Assembly: GCA_046563655.1 (NCBI GenBank)
Contig: CM102283.1
Span: 2,976,001-3,040,000 of the forward strand
DNA from: Yuukianura sp. NJ FZ-2021
Lineage: Eukaryota
DNA length: 64,000 nucleotides
Direction: 5' to 3'
Shown here one piece after another: positions 15,501 to 30,951 of this stretch. Under the pieces are notes generated by a model that was not told where the DNA came from, did no database searches, and saw only the letters and a list, made by a program, of their open reading frames with translations. The position numbers and the translations under genes were made by a program. Each line of letters starts with the position of its first letter. Positions within the stretch are counted from its first letter, which is position 1.

Positions 15501-18500
15501 CGGAAAAATTACATGGAGAACGTGGTGGGAATATTTAAAAAAAATTGAAAATTCCCTCCAGCATTTTTTGAATTGACTAATCTCTTAAAGACAAATTGCT
15601 CTTTCTACTTCTAAGGAAGAGCAAAAGGAACGCTAATTGTTTTTACATGTTGAAATGCAATGCACCCTCTTCACTTTTTAAATTTTAAATTCTGGCGCCA
15701 AAATTATTCAGCACCAAACTCTTCACATTTGAAATTATTCTGACAGCAGAATTAGATTTTCTGTTCCGCATTCCATGAACGGGATTTCAAGACGCCAAAA
15801 GCGAAGGTTTTTGAAGCAAAAATTTGAAATTTCTTTCCCATGAAGGAATTTTGGAAAAATTTTTTGAACTTTTCGAACTGTGGTTTGAATTTGTAACTGT
15901 AAAATTTTTTGCATGAGGAATTTTTTGCATATTCATATATGCTTTGAGCTTAGACGTTGTTTGGTTTGTGACCTTTGACCTTTAACTTAAAAAAAAAGCA
16001 TCGCCCTGTGCTCACTTGGAAGAATTATGGAGAGCCAGCGGGCATATTTTCGTTTTAAATTTTTTTTGTTTTGAAAATGAGCGCTAAATCTCTTTGTACC
16101 TTGTTTTTGTTTTGTCTAAGAAAGGAATTAGAAAATCTTAAAAGGATTTGATGAGTGAAGCACGCAAGGCCTCTTCGCACGACTACGAGCTCCAATGATC
16201 CATGCGCCCAAAACTTGTAAATTTTGTCAGTACCGTAAAACTTCTAATACTTCCCCATAGTTTCTACACTTTCTACTCAACCTAAACCAAATTTTGTATC
16301 TTACAACACCAAGTTCTGCTTTTTAAAAAGCTAGCGTTTGGCATTGCTGCTTCCAAACTTAGAAAATACACGAATTCGGAACTTTACGGTAACCAAAATA
16401 CTATGATTTAGGAATTGTGGTCGTCGAACGCTTCTGGACTGAGCTTTAAAAATGTACGGTAACAGAGAAGTTGTATAATTTTTTTTTAATTCCAACTGTA
16501 TTAATCGGGACCTAATTTTGGAGATTTACGGTACTGAAGAAGCCTGTTGGCTACTTCAGACACGTTTCTCGAGACAAGACGATGGTTTGGTTGTGTTTGA
16601 AATTTTCCATGTCGACTAACATGTTCAAATGATGAGGAGAAGATGAATTCCTTCACTTTTTTGTATTCAGCGCCACAACTTTTTACTCACTTACACGTAC
16701 AACTCTTGCACAACTCCAAACGCCCGGCCATTTTCAAGTTTCAGGTTAAAAAAAAGTGGACTTGCAAGTTCCAAACACAAGTCAGCGCCAATGATTTACA
16801 CTTTTAGAATTTAAAAAAACACGGTTTGGGTTGTGCATGTGTCCAAAAATTTATTATTTTGAGGTTTTCAAATAAAAGACAAAGGGTTTTTACAAAACTG
16901 AAAAGCAAAGCACCGTTTTTCACTAAAACTCAAAACTGAATGATAAGAAACGCGCAATGTCAATTGTTTTATGGCACCCAATTTAGTTTTCTGTTTTTTA
17001 AAAACAACAATTGAATTTCCCTGTTTTTCTAATCTTTCAAAAATCCAAGTTTTTATAACCCAAAGTTTAAAATTGTGTAAATGAATTACATGTCAGATGA
17101 AAAAAAAAATTTTCTAATGTGTTTTCCGTAATGAAAACACTCTTAGTTTTTTTTTCAAAATGCATCGGCGTCACAAAAAATGTCTCCGGAATAATAAATT
17201 ATGCATCAAAGAACTTTATGGCCGCGCAAATGCATTTGGAAGCCAAAGTGAAATGGAGAGGCACTTGTTTCAAAATGAGTTTCAGTAGAAGCAACATTTA
17301 AAAAAAATTTCAAAATTTCAAAAAAAGTTGAGGCGGCAAGTTTGTATCTCTCCTGTGTACCGGCGTGGTGGTCAGAAATTTGCTGTCAGTGGGCATTATG
17401 ATTGATGAAACATTGCCTCTAGAACACAATCAATTTCAACAAATGTCTGTCAGGCTTAAAGTCAAAAATTCAGAAAAAATCATTGTTTGTGAGATTTCGA
17501 ATCTTGGCGGGGTTGAAAATTCTTTTGGACAGGCGCATGCCCAGAAGGGTTACAAGTTATTGATGAGTCTGCGCAGTAGAACTTTATGGAAAATGACACT
17601 GCGCAGCTATCCATCATTCAAGAATACTCATGTCTCATGTCAAGTTGAATTTCATCCTCTGTTCTGTACATGATACCGTGATTGTTCAAAAAAAATTCAA
17701 AAAAAAAACGTTGCCGCTCAAATTTCAAATTCAAACGTTTTGAAAAATGTTGTTGAAGTAAATTGTGTTTTTCGGAGAAATCTTTTCATCCATCTCTAAA
17801 CCGAACCTTTGTCTTCTCAGTTTTAAGTTTTCAAAAGTTCAAATCTTGCCGCTCTTCGAAAAATCACGAACTTGTTTTTACGTTTTACAAACTAAAAAGT
17901 AAAAAACTGTTTTTATTTTTCTATTGTCACTGTGTGTTGTGTTTGTAGCTTTATTGGTTTTCATGGAATTGTCATATTATACCAAAAACTCGTTTTCAAA
18001 CGCCATTAAACTGACCTTAAAATACCCAAATCGTGTTTCAAACCATTTTTTTGAAAAGTTCTTGTTTGAAATTTTACAGTTCAACTTTTTTTCGCGCCAT
18101 TACTTTAAAAAAAACTTCACTCAACAGTATTAGAAACGAAACATGTTCAAACAAAACCGTAAAAACTACAATTTTCAAAAACATTTCTTTTTCTACCAAA
18201 GATTTTTTCAAACTTCGTACGGCTCCTGCCTATTACATTCTTGTTGTGTAGCTAATTTATTTGAACGATTTAGAAGTTGAATTAAATGGCACGTACGTGA
18301 TTCACATTTTAAGTTTTTTCAAAATTTCGAAGCCAAGCCCATCATCCAAAAAACCCGTTCATTGATAAATACTCACGATTTGTCTCGGACCCAACAACCT
18401 GCAGCGCGTAGCTTCAAAAATTTAAATTTTCTCAATTCGCCCCATCCCAAGTCCAAATTTTTTCCACCTCCGGACCCTCCCTGAACTCAAGTCCAATTTG

Positions 18501-21500
18501 GATTGAGAGGGAAAATTTGATTTTGACTTGGAGGGAAAATTTGAATTTATGAAGGCGTGTCCCTTAGGGTTATGTTAGCCTAACTTGGCATGACTTTAAC
18601 TATGATAATCAGGCGGAAAACAATGAAAATGCCACCAAGGATGATCTTTTTTTTTCCTTTCTCGGGTCATCAATCAGTTCTCAGTTTTTAACCATAAAAA
18701 GGTTGGGAGAAGGATGGCTATGGTGGTAATGTTAAATTGGACCAAGTTAATGTTAAGTTTAGGTAATGTTAAGTTATTCTTACGGTGTGATTGTCGGGGT
18801 CCTTGATGCGAATGGGACTCTTGAGGCTGGGTTTGCCCAAGTACCAGTACTCCCTCCAAGAATACTTCCCAAGTAGATCCAATAGTCCAGGCACATTCAA
18901 GTAGTTGTCGTCGTCTACGTGGCAAAACCACCTAGGAAGAAAGGCATAAAAAGAGGTCATTACTGCATCTTTCCATCTTCACATTACCCTAACAAATCCA
19001 CTTTACCCTAACATTTTACATTCACTCTAACATTTACATCTTTGAGATCATTACTAAACATTTGAGAGATGGGGAAGATGAGGCAGAACATTAACTGCAA
19101 ATTGCCCAACTATGGACAGGGAGGAGGCATTAGGCTTATGAGTGCGCCGCACGCAAACGAAAGGTCAGGCGGGAAAAAACAAAAGGTCAAGTGACCTCAC
19201 ACGAACATGTTAATGTTCATTAGAAATCAGTTGAAACATGGTGTACATTATGTACATGGTTGTACAATGATGATACGTCTTTAGTCTGTTTCTTTATACA
19301 TTCAATCTATGAAAAGCACTGTACAGATGAAATTGTGTAGGAATTGAAATGTACAGAATGTAGAAAAAGTTAGAGTGTAGTTAGGTGATGTGTGGTGTAT
19401 ATTTTGAAATGTACAGTATGTGTCAAAGTGTAAAATATTCGAAAATGTGTGAAGAAAACTTACGATTTATCGGTTTGAATAAAAGTGTCGAATTCGGTTC
19501 CCATTTTACAGCAGAGGGCTTGCCTGTAGGCAAAAAATTGAAAATTATGAAATTTGAAGTTTTAGTTTAGGGGGTAATATTTAAATTCTTGGAAATTTCG
19601 TGCGGAAGGTGCGAAATTGCTATAAGTGTATGGTTTTACCGGTAATGAGTTGATGGGCAGTGGGTGTTGATGATGTGGCCATCTGAAAGAAAATTTCAAA
19701 TTAGTTTTTTTTAAATTGTTCAAAATTTCACTTTTTCTAAATGTTTTCGAAAATTTGTTTGACCTTACTTGTGATTTCCTGGAGTTCAGGGTCATCGTCA
19801 TCAGTGAAAATCCAAGTCTATAAAAACAAAAAACAAAAAATTAAAAAATTTTGTAACAAAGGAAATGATTGGTACTTGCGCAATTAGGTTTGGAACAAAA
19901 ACGGTTTTTGTTTCAATGAAACATGAAATGAAGATTAATAAAAAAAAAGTCAAATTTTTTCAAAAGTGAAGATTATAAAAGAAATTTCATCAAAATCATG
20001 ATCATCCGCCATTATTTCCGCGAGATCATTCATTTCAATTTAAACTTTGGAGCCAATTTTTTTCAAAAAGAAGAACTAAGCATGCAATTGCAATTTCGTC
20101 AAACTTTTCGCCCTCAAATTCAAATTCTCCCGCGCCATTCAATTCCAAAAAACGAGTTTTTTCCGTTGTTGCTTACAAAGTTAACGATAACGGCTCCAAT
20201 TTTTATCAAACTCAAAAAATCGTAATCATCTGTCATAAACAAGTTCACACTATAAAAATTTTTTTGATGAAATTTTGATTTCTCTTCCTTTTCAATTTTC
20301 TTGTCCAAAGTTCACAAACCGCCAATTTCAAACATTCCGCTGCAGAAATCAAATTATTTGACTCAATCTTTTAAAAAACAAAAAATTTTTAAAGTTTCGC
20401 AAAAAAGCGAAAAAAAAAATCCAAATTTCTGAAATAATGAAAACAAGGCAACTGAACTTCCAACCTGTAAAATTTCGAATCCAAAATTTTTCTTGAAAAT
20501 TAAAAAAAAATTTTACCGCCGTTGAAGTTTTTAGCATTTAAAAAAAGTGCTTAATTTGAAAATTTTAATGCGGCTAAAGTACTAAACTGCGTGTGTAGTT
20601 GAGAAATCGTGATTTTGAATACAATTTTTCCTCTCTTTTTATGTCAACACTTTTCAAAATTTGAAATCCAGCTCATGCGCAGTACTGATAATCTTCCAAG
20701 TGTAACCTTAGAAGCGTTCTGAACGTCGTTACCTGTCACTAAGAGACTTCAAATTACTACCCTAATCTGATCTGGAGCAATAAATATATCGTGTGGGTAC
20801 TTAAGGACACTTTTCAAAAAAAAAAGTATGGAACTGCTGAGCCTTGAACCCACAACCCTTAAACTCTCAAACTCCAAATCCCGATAGATTTCAAATGATT
20901 TCCTGAAAGGATTCAGAAGAACAAAATGGATTTCACTTCTTTTTGAAATTTACCGCCACTCTCAAAATTTCAAAATCCTAAAGATGCAATTTGATTCCAA
21001 CACTTTTATAGCCCACAGTTTTTTAAGTCCCCCTGTCCCTTAAGGGTTCATTTCCTTCATTTCTTCTTGTTCTCCGTTATTGCTTCAAACCTTACTCGGT
21101 TTGTCAATGTTCCTTTTTGTAAAGGTGCCTTAAGGGCCCATTGTCACCTGAACTACAAATTGATAAATTAGAGTGATAGGGACCTCAAGTCTACCATAAT
21201 GGACTGGGAGCCCTTCAAAAAAAGTGGAGCCCTTAAAATTGAGGTATCATTCAGATCGAAGGTAATTCTCACCTTCCCTGGATTTCAAAAGTGCAGGGAC
21301 AACGAAAAGTAAAACAAATTTATAAAATTATTAAGCCAAAAGCTCTCCGATTCTCAATGTGTTTTAAAACAAGATTTTTTCAAAAAAAAAAAAAGGTTGA
21401 AATTTTTTTAGCTTTAGCTGTTGTTGCTCATTAAGCATTTGAACAAAGGCTGAAATTAAAAGCTATAAAATTATGATTATCTCAAACAAGGTTCTTGTGT

Positions 21501-24500
21501 CATCAACACAGTTTTTTTGCAAGTACAATTCCCACTTAAAGGGAAAAAAATTTAAGCAAATTAATTAGCACCAAATTGGTGCAGAAGCAAAAAATACTCA
21601 GTTTTTGCACATATGGTGACCACATTCAAACTAAAAAACGGAAGAAAAACTTTCCGGTTGTTCGAATTGACGTATCATATCTGTATGACATAATCGCATT
21701 TCATAACAATTGCAGGCATCTGTGCCAAAAACAACTTTTCATAAAAAAAAAAACTTTTTTTTGAATAATATACACAGATTAATATATTAACTTTCGCTAC
21801 TTAAGAACACACGGGAGTCGACCTACGAAAGATGAGTTGTTCCTGTTCGTTGTACTCATGTTCCCATGAAAATTTGTGTTAAAATATTTAAACAAAGTGA
21901 GTGGTGAACCAGAAATTTTAGCAAAGAATAGCATAAACCTAATGTACCGTAAAAATTTTAGCCAGATTAATTGAAATTTTCACACCTTTTCCTAAAATCT
22001 ACACTTTTTCAAATTTAGCGCTTTAGCAGTCAACCTCAAAGCATAACATTAATCTTTTCATCTAACAGAAAGCAACATATTGTTCATAGTTTCGTGAAAG
22101 TCATGCAACTTATTTCATGAAACTTTTGCCGTGAAAATCATGTTTATGATTGCTATGTTTATATGAATACAAATATATTATTCAAAAATATTCATATATT
22201 TAACCAAAACATAATCTTGTGCTATCAGCATATTCAAAATTTAGGATAATCAAGGTTGTTTCACGTTAGTCAAAAATTTCATGGTCATGATTAGACTATG
22301 TTTGGTTGCTGGAGGCGTCTGGATGTTTCTCATGATTTGAGTATGTGTGAATGAGGCTTAAGGGAGAAACGTTAATTAATGTTAATTACAGGTGAGATTG
22401 GAGAAGATGCAGAGATTCCATCTCTACTCTGACATGTAAATAATACGTTTCTCATCTCCTATTCTTCGCAGATACCAATTCCATTTCCAATCACACTCAA
22501 CACATTCCTAAAAAAACTACAACAGATCCAACTCTATACGCACATTTCTAAACAATTCCATTTTCAAACAGAAGTTTTTATCTGGTTTTCATCTCTGCAA
22601 GATTTCAAAACAGATCACATGCAGAGATGCACAAGAGGAGAAGGAGATGATCAAAATTTGAAAAAGCAAAAAAAAAATAGACTTTTGGTGCATTCTTAAT
22701 TTAGTGCAATGGAAAAGGAAGATGATTTGGCGCCGAGATCCCCCCATACTAAAATTTTTACCCCCCCCCCCCACTTCTCACCCTTCCTACTTAATTTTCT
22801 AACCACCCCCCCTCTCTTCTACCCCCCCCCCTTCTTAATTATTGTCGAATATTAAGAAACTATGTTTGAGAGTGGAAGTGGGAGATGAGATCTTCCAGAA
22901 GATCATCTTTGATCCAGAGATCTGGTTTCAATTATTAAACAAGAAGAGACATGAGAAAATTTATTAAACAAAAAATTAAAAATTTCAAACTGGAGAAACT
23001 TGAATTTCAACCCACACGAAATCCAGTGTTCAACTTTTCAAAAGATGACAAATTCTTTTTCGAAACAAAAAAAACTAATCAAGATGCTTAAGATCTCAAA
23101 TTTCTAGTTCAATTAGGCTGCTGGACTTTGATTTTTGAATAATTTAAAGGTTTGATGAGTTATGTATTTTTTCTTGAAACTCAACTTTTTAGGCAAATTG
23201 AAAAACATTTTTGTTTAAAAAAGTTGTTTTGAAAAAAAGCATCATTTCGAAACTTTTTTTGGGAATCTATTGACACTTGACACTGTCTTGGCATAGTTGC
23301 TTCCAGAACACAAAGTATTTGATTACAGTTATGAGGAAGAAGGAACAAGGGGGCCCTTAAGGGACTCCCCTCATTTCACAACTAGGCCCTTGAAGTACTC
23401 CTCTCATTCCACAACTAATCCACCGTGAAGAACCTGAGCACTTTTCACTTGTTTAGAACATGTTCAAATGGAGTTTTAGAACAAAATTTCCTTGTAATCT
23501 GACCCTGTTTTGAGCCTTTGAACTCATAAATACTCCCTCTCTCCTTCTCTGAACTTCGAAGGAGCCCTTGAAGTACCCCTAAGCTTAGGGGGTACTTCAA
23601 GGGCCCTTCTGAAATACCTCGGTATCTCATCGGTACCTACCCCCTCTCGCTCTGTAATTATCGCCCAATAAGGCCCTTGGTCAAATTACAGAGCAGAGAT
23701 AGATCACAATTTGAAATTTTTGTTTCGCGGGCGGTAGATTTCAAACTTACGATAAGGGCCTCACCAGCCCTTGGGGTCAAACTGCCTAAAAAGGCTTCAA
23801 ATCTCACTCAAAAAGTTTTAAAAAAAACTGAAAAGTTAAAAAAAAAGTTTTTTCTTGGCGCCAAAAAATAAGTGAAGCAAGACGCTGATTCATCGAATCC
23901 AGATCTTGACTAAACTCATCATTTCTGGGTAAGGGTTGGTCATCGTGACCTTTGACCTCGGGACCTTGAAAAGCATAAAAATTGGCCCTTAAGGCTCTTT
24001 TAGCACTGGAAGTATCAGGATACACATGTACCTGATGAGGTTCCATTTTTCATTGTTTCAAAAACCGGATTTTTTGAAAAACTTGTTTTTCGAGATTGTC
24101 ATTGTCAAAAGAATCAGTCGAAATGTAAAATCTTTGGAACATGCGCATGCACATTTTTTTTGCAAACAATAAAATAAGTCATCAAAAGTCAGCTGGAAGT
24201 GGTTTGGATTTTAAAAATTTTATGTTACTCGAAATTTTGAATTCTAAAGTTACTTTTTGTAACTTTTTGGGATTAGATTTGTTTACGGATGGCGGTTTTG
24301 AACTTTTGAAAAGTGGTGGTAATTTGCCGCGCTTTTGTCATGCATATTAGGTAAGAAAGTGTAGCAGTCATGCGTGTAATGTTGACATTGTCACGCTTTG
24401 GTGTGGCAAAGTCGCGCTTCATCTACCAATCGCTACTGTGCAAAATTCAAAAACATTTTTTTTTGAAACTTTTTATAAAATTCAAAATTTTGAAATTCAC

Positions 24501-25010
24501 CTGATCACGTGCTAGGTTAAACCACGTTTTGAGAATGGGGCGGAGCCTGGACGAATGAAAACGTTTTGTGGACTTGACACTGATAAAAACGTTTTCCAGT
24601 TTCTCTGCAGTACTGCTTGCTGCAGGCCACGTCGTCGCAGAAACGTTTTTGGTTAGATTCACTATTGCACTGGTGACCTTCAGCCCCTGATCGGGGTCAA
24701 GGTCAAGGTCACTGTCACTCACTACCAATCGTCTGCTTCGGATGACCTCCGGGTCAACTTCGCTAAAGCTGAGTTCTGATTGGCTCCCGCCGGGAGTTCC
24801 ACTCACTGTCACTTGATACATGGTTAAAGTAAACGTGATGATTAGCAGAGATAGGATTTGAAGGGCGTGGTAAAATTTCCGAGTCCTTCCGACTCCTGTG
24901 CCGAACGAACTCGGCGCAGTCGCAGTCCAAGGCAGCATCGTCGCTTGACCTCTTTTAGTCCGAAAACTCTCCGGCGTGACCTTGCTGCCCAAACTGCGTA
25001 GGATTTTCAT
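570..25010 (-). CDS. fng: Fringe beta-1,3-N-acetylglucosaminyltransferase (Notch modifier); 3' exons lie beyond the window start
   Basis: Phase-consistent GT-AG exons 25010-24501, 19817-19769, 19682-19640, 19523-19464, 18931-18784, 655-570. They give an N-terminal TM helix, an RSRR furin-type site, [48 protein letters not shown] (DDD catalytic motif) and [17 protein letters not shown]. Confidence 0.95.
3156..8054 (+). CDS. RUN-domain protein (RUSC1/RUSC2-iporin-like), about 1139 aa, nested antisense in the fringe intron
   Basis: Exons 3156-3457, 4040-4250, 4682-6248, 6356-6595, 6660-6765, 6997-7974, 8039-8054 splice in phase; an unspliced alternative stops at 7978. RUN-type motifs [46 protein letters not shown] lie within long S/P/G-rich disordered regions. 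Confidence 0.8.
4300..4630. repeat. Degenerate intronic repeat built on AA(C/G)TGGCAACA, including a ~106-bp duplication
   Basis: About 8 TGGCAAC-type units in RUN-gene intron 2; 4426-4524 resembles 4532-4629. Confidence 0.6.
12152..12295. repeat. Degenerate ~19-20 bp minisatellite (TGCAACTTTTCTGAA core)
   Basis: About 7 imperfect tandem copies visible. Confidence 0.6.
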
Positions 25011-27051
25011 TGTCAATACAAAGGTTATGCTAAACAGTAACCTGAGCTAACTGGCATAACTTTTGAAAAAATGGCGGCATTTTCAAAAAACTGAAAATGC
25101 TAAGTTTTAAAATCCCGCCTTTTCCATCACTTTGCCTTCCCATGGAGTGTTACAAATCCAACAGTTTTGGTTCAGAAGTTTCAGTTCCCGGGCTTTTCAA
25201 AATCAGTATTCACAACTTGAATTTTCAAAACTCCCCACTTCAAATTTTTCAGAACTTTGCAATACAATTCTGAATTTTTCGAAATTCTTCACCACGTGAC
25301 TTCGGATTTTGATGTTCCAAAAACTTGATCTCGTTCGCACTGAAACTCCCGCGTTTTTTCGAAATTCTTCATCACGTGACCTGAGATTGTGCATAGGTCA
25401 ACGACCCATGACCAACTATGGACACAGATTCTGATAACTTTTGGACAGTTTAAGCGTGGGATTGTTGACAAGTTTGGGTGTTGACGAAAAGTTGAAAGCG
25501 TCTTCTGATGCGTTTGTTTGTTTTCCAGTAGATATGGATTGAGAGGGTGTGAAAATGATTCAATAAGTGACACTTCTGACCACAAGAACTCAACTTAAAC
25601 GAGATAATGGCTTGGATGGGTCTATAATTAAAGTTAGTCTTAAGTTCTGTCTTTGATTGATTAGTTCTTGTGGGTCGTAATGAGTTGATTTAGACCACAA
25701 CTTCAGTTGAATACTTTGGTATATCCAGAGTACTTGTGAATTCAATTGATTCCTAAGCACCAATGGACCATGGACGCAGCTTCCTCTGCCCAAGTCCAAC
25801 TCAATACTAAAAGTTGAGGTTCCTGGGGGTAAGTTTTTGGGGGTGAGAAGTGAGAATCTTAAGAAACTTGAATCTTGTTGTGAAGAAAAGAAGAGGGAAG
25901 ATTCAAAAATGCTTGTTACAGGGTTGCTCCTTTGTTCAACACTCAAAAACTGCAATGGAGTGGAGACGATGATGTTAAGATAGTTGCTTGGTTCGGAATG
26001 GAGAGACACTGACACATTTTGGGCAAACAATAGTCAATTAGTCGGTGATTTTTAATTATGACCAACAAAGTACACCGTACGCCCAAAAGTAGGAACTTAC
26101 ACTTGTTACACTGTAGAAATGATTTTTTAAGAAACACGAAAAAAACAGAACTTGGTTTCAAAAAAAAATTCTTGAATTTGTGTTATGCAAGAGTTTTTAG
26201 GAAACACTTTTTAGTGATGATAGAATATATGCGAATGTACGAGTGTGTCAAAAATCTTGATTTGGAATTTTTGATTTTTTTTTTTTTACAAAATTTTTCT
26301 TCGGAGTGTGGTAGCCGATTTTTGATTTTCTTTTTTTTTTTAAATGTTGCTGGTTTGGTTAAGTTTTTGGGTTTTAGATTGGCTTAAATTTTGCTAAGAA
26401 TTTGTCGTTTTTTTGAAAGTTGAGAGTACAACGGTTTACTTTAGAATGCCAAAAATTTAAGTTAAAAATGTTGCTTACACTCACAGAGTTGTCAAGTTTT
26501 CTTGGTAAACCACATTTTGGCACAAGTTGCTTGTAGTATGACATTTTTGCGATTTTTTCTTTGTTTTTTTTTCTGTAAGTTGTAAGTGGATAACACTACC
26601 CAGGGTTTGAATTGAATAAAAGTTAAGTAAACCGTGAGAACGATTTGTTTTTTCTTGAGTAAAACTGAGAAGAATAAAACAGTAGGAGCTGGAAGATAAG
26701 AATTTCCGGTTTTCTGTGTAATTCAAACCATCAGGGATAAAAAAGTCAAAATTTTGCAAAAAATTTTCACACACTCTACTCCCAATATCACAATAGACGT
26801 TACGCATTCTAAAATTTGTGACACTTTCAACGCCATTTGAAAAATAAAAAGTATGTTTTCAAAGTTATAATCTATCCAGGAATTTAGATAGCTCGTGGAC
26901 ACGGCGTTGCACATATGTACGCATTACGTTTAGTGTGGATTTATTTACTATATTTTCAATTAATTATTTTTTATGTGTTTTATGAATAATAATATCATTA
27001 ATAATTTACTTTTCGGATTAAAGAGCCGATTATAAAATGACGCGTCTTAAG

Positions 27052-27067
27052 CAGCGCCATCTAGCAG
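27052..27067. promoter_or_regulatory. CTCF-like site
   Basis: CAGCGCCATCTAGCAG, reverse complement CTGCTAGATGGCGCTG, close to the CTCF core. It lies between the fringe 5' region and the housekeeping block. Confidence 0.4.
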
Positions 27068-27361
27068 CTGACTATTTACAATGAGAAACGGAGGTAAAAA
27101 TCACCGGGCCGGCAGTCAGCCGGTGAATCCGCATCTTTTCTGTTTTGATTTTTATAAGAGTGGGCGATTAATTAAGTTAGTCGTCTACAAATTAAGTGTT
27201 CATTAATAGTTAACTTTTAGAGGTAATTAATTAGTTTAGTAGTAAGTGTAGTACGAAAGAAATCGATACAGAGGAGAGCTGCTCCTTGTGAATGACTGGA
27301 TTCTGGAAGGATCTTTGGATTCCGGATCTTGAAATACAAATTAGTAATTAGATTAGTTAAG

Positions 27362-28499
27362 ATGGAAAACTACTTTAATTATTTTAAGAAATCGTTTCCT
27401 ATTGGTGGAGTTGATCCTCCGTTAAGAACACAATCATATCCAGCCTATTCTACACAAAAAGAAACTAATCAAGGAGGATTAAATGACTGGACAAACTTTT
27501 CCGGAAGTTCCGATTACTCAACCGATTTACAACAATTATGTCTTCCCACGGGGTCAATGGCTCGACGACGACGACATCGTGACATTGTCGAAAAATTCTC
27601 TGCTCTAACTTTGAATGATACTGGCCGTGAATCGGATGAAGACGACTACGAATACCGTGATTACCATCTACAGCGACAAAGGTACTTCTACGGAAGAACT
27701 TTGTAATGTTTGACGAATAATTACTAATTAGATTTGTGTTGATTTACAGAACAAGGATGGATCCAATTATGCCCCAGATAAACAACAATACGAATGCTGC
27801 ATGGTTCCTTTCAACCACTTCTAATCCAGTGCCAAAGAAGATGGCATACGAAAGTGAATCGTCATGGTTTTCTGGACAAGGGATGGGCATGGGACATGGA
27901 CAAGTGCCACAAATCCACCATAACATCTTCCAGACCAAAGTGACAACAAATTCCATCATGGCCAGATCACTCGCTCGTGTTGTTTCCGTCAATGAAGGCT
28001 GCTCAACCTCTTCCGCCCCAGAAGTAATCCATGTCAAGGTAAGTAACCTTCACGCTGTAACCATTCGATGGTTACCTTCTTGATAACCTCAATCTCTCAA
28101 TCAATTATAGCTTTGAATTTTGAATGCAGGATACACGCGAACTCCAACTGGAACGAAAACGAAGTCCGAAGTGGTATATCGGACTACTTCTGTGGATTCT
28201 AGCAATTTTGGGTCTAGTTGGTTTACTGAATGCTCCTGATAACAATGGCTCAATTTGTAAGTTAAACAAGGCATTAATCAACTAATTGATTAACAGAAGT
28301 TAAACTAATTAGTTTCGTTTTGGTAGGCTGGAACAAGGATGGTGCTGGATTATTAATGGTAACTGTTGCAGCTAACGTGTCCGAATGGGATGGAATCTGG
28401 AAGGCTTCCTTTACCGTCCGCAGTGATAATAATCTTACTCTTTATATTCTCCTGGTCGGAGCTATCGTAGGTTTCCTACGACAAATATTTGATAAGTAA
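27362..28499 (+). CDS. Uncharacterised 302-aa protein with a disordered N-terminus and two C-terminal TM helices
   Basis: Exons 27362-27681, 27750-28038, 28130-28256, 28327-28499 splice in phase. Hydrophobic segments WYIGLLLWILAILGLVGLL and LTLYILLVGAIVGFL; AATAAA at 28599. Confidence 0.7.
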
Positions 28500-28628
28500 G
28501 CAGAAGCACTCCAGTGGTTACCATTGTTTAGTTGACCTCTGCCATTTATTATAATTTAATGAAAAGAAGGTGGATTTTAGTTAAGGTAAAGTTTATGTAA
28601 TAAATTGTTTTCGACTTGTTGTATTTCC

Positions 28629-30487
<1,859 letters not shown>

Positions 30488-30951
30488 GTTAACAGCTACT
30501 TCTTATGATTCCTTATTGATAAGCAGATAAGAATACTTGAATCGAATCAACCAGTTAATTAACGATTAATTCCAGTCCACTCCAAGATGACAAACAGCAA
30601 ATGCTAAAATTTGCCGAACTAAAATAAAAAAAAAGAAAGAATGACACTCTATTTTGCAAAATTCGAAAACCCCGCTTTTCGCACAAATGTATTAAGTATG
30701 GGCTGGCCTTTGTATAAACAAGATCGTATGCAGTCATAAAATTACACAGTTTGAACACATCATAATTACTTAAGTAATTTATCTACAATAATCATTAGTT
30801 GAACACTTAAGCTTATAATTAATTAATTTATATTTTATATATTTGCGCAAGTGCCGTTTTGCTATAAAATGTTGCCCATCTATGGTGGGCTGCGTTGGTG
30901 TGATGTGAGAACTGTTTGTCGGACCCAAAAAAATAATTGAGTACGGTATTG

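Noticed and set aside
25590-26030. 146-aa minus-strand ORF upstream of fringe
   Set aside because: Non-ATG start and no recognisable motif; more likely fringe 5' UTR or regulatory DNA.
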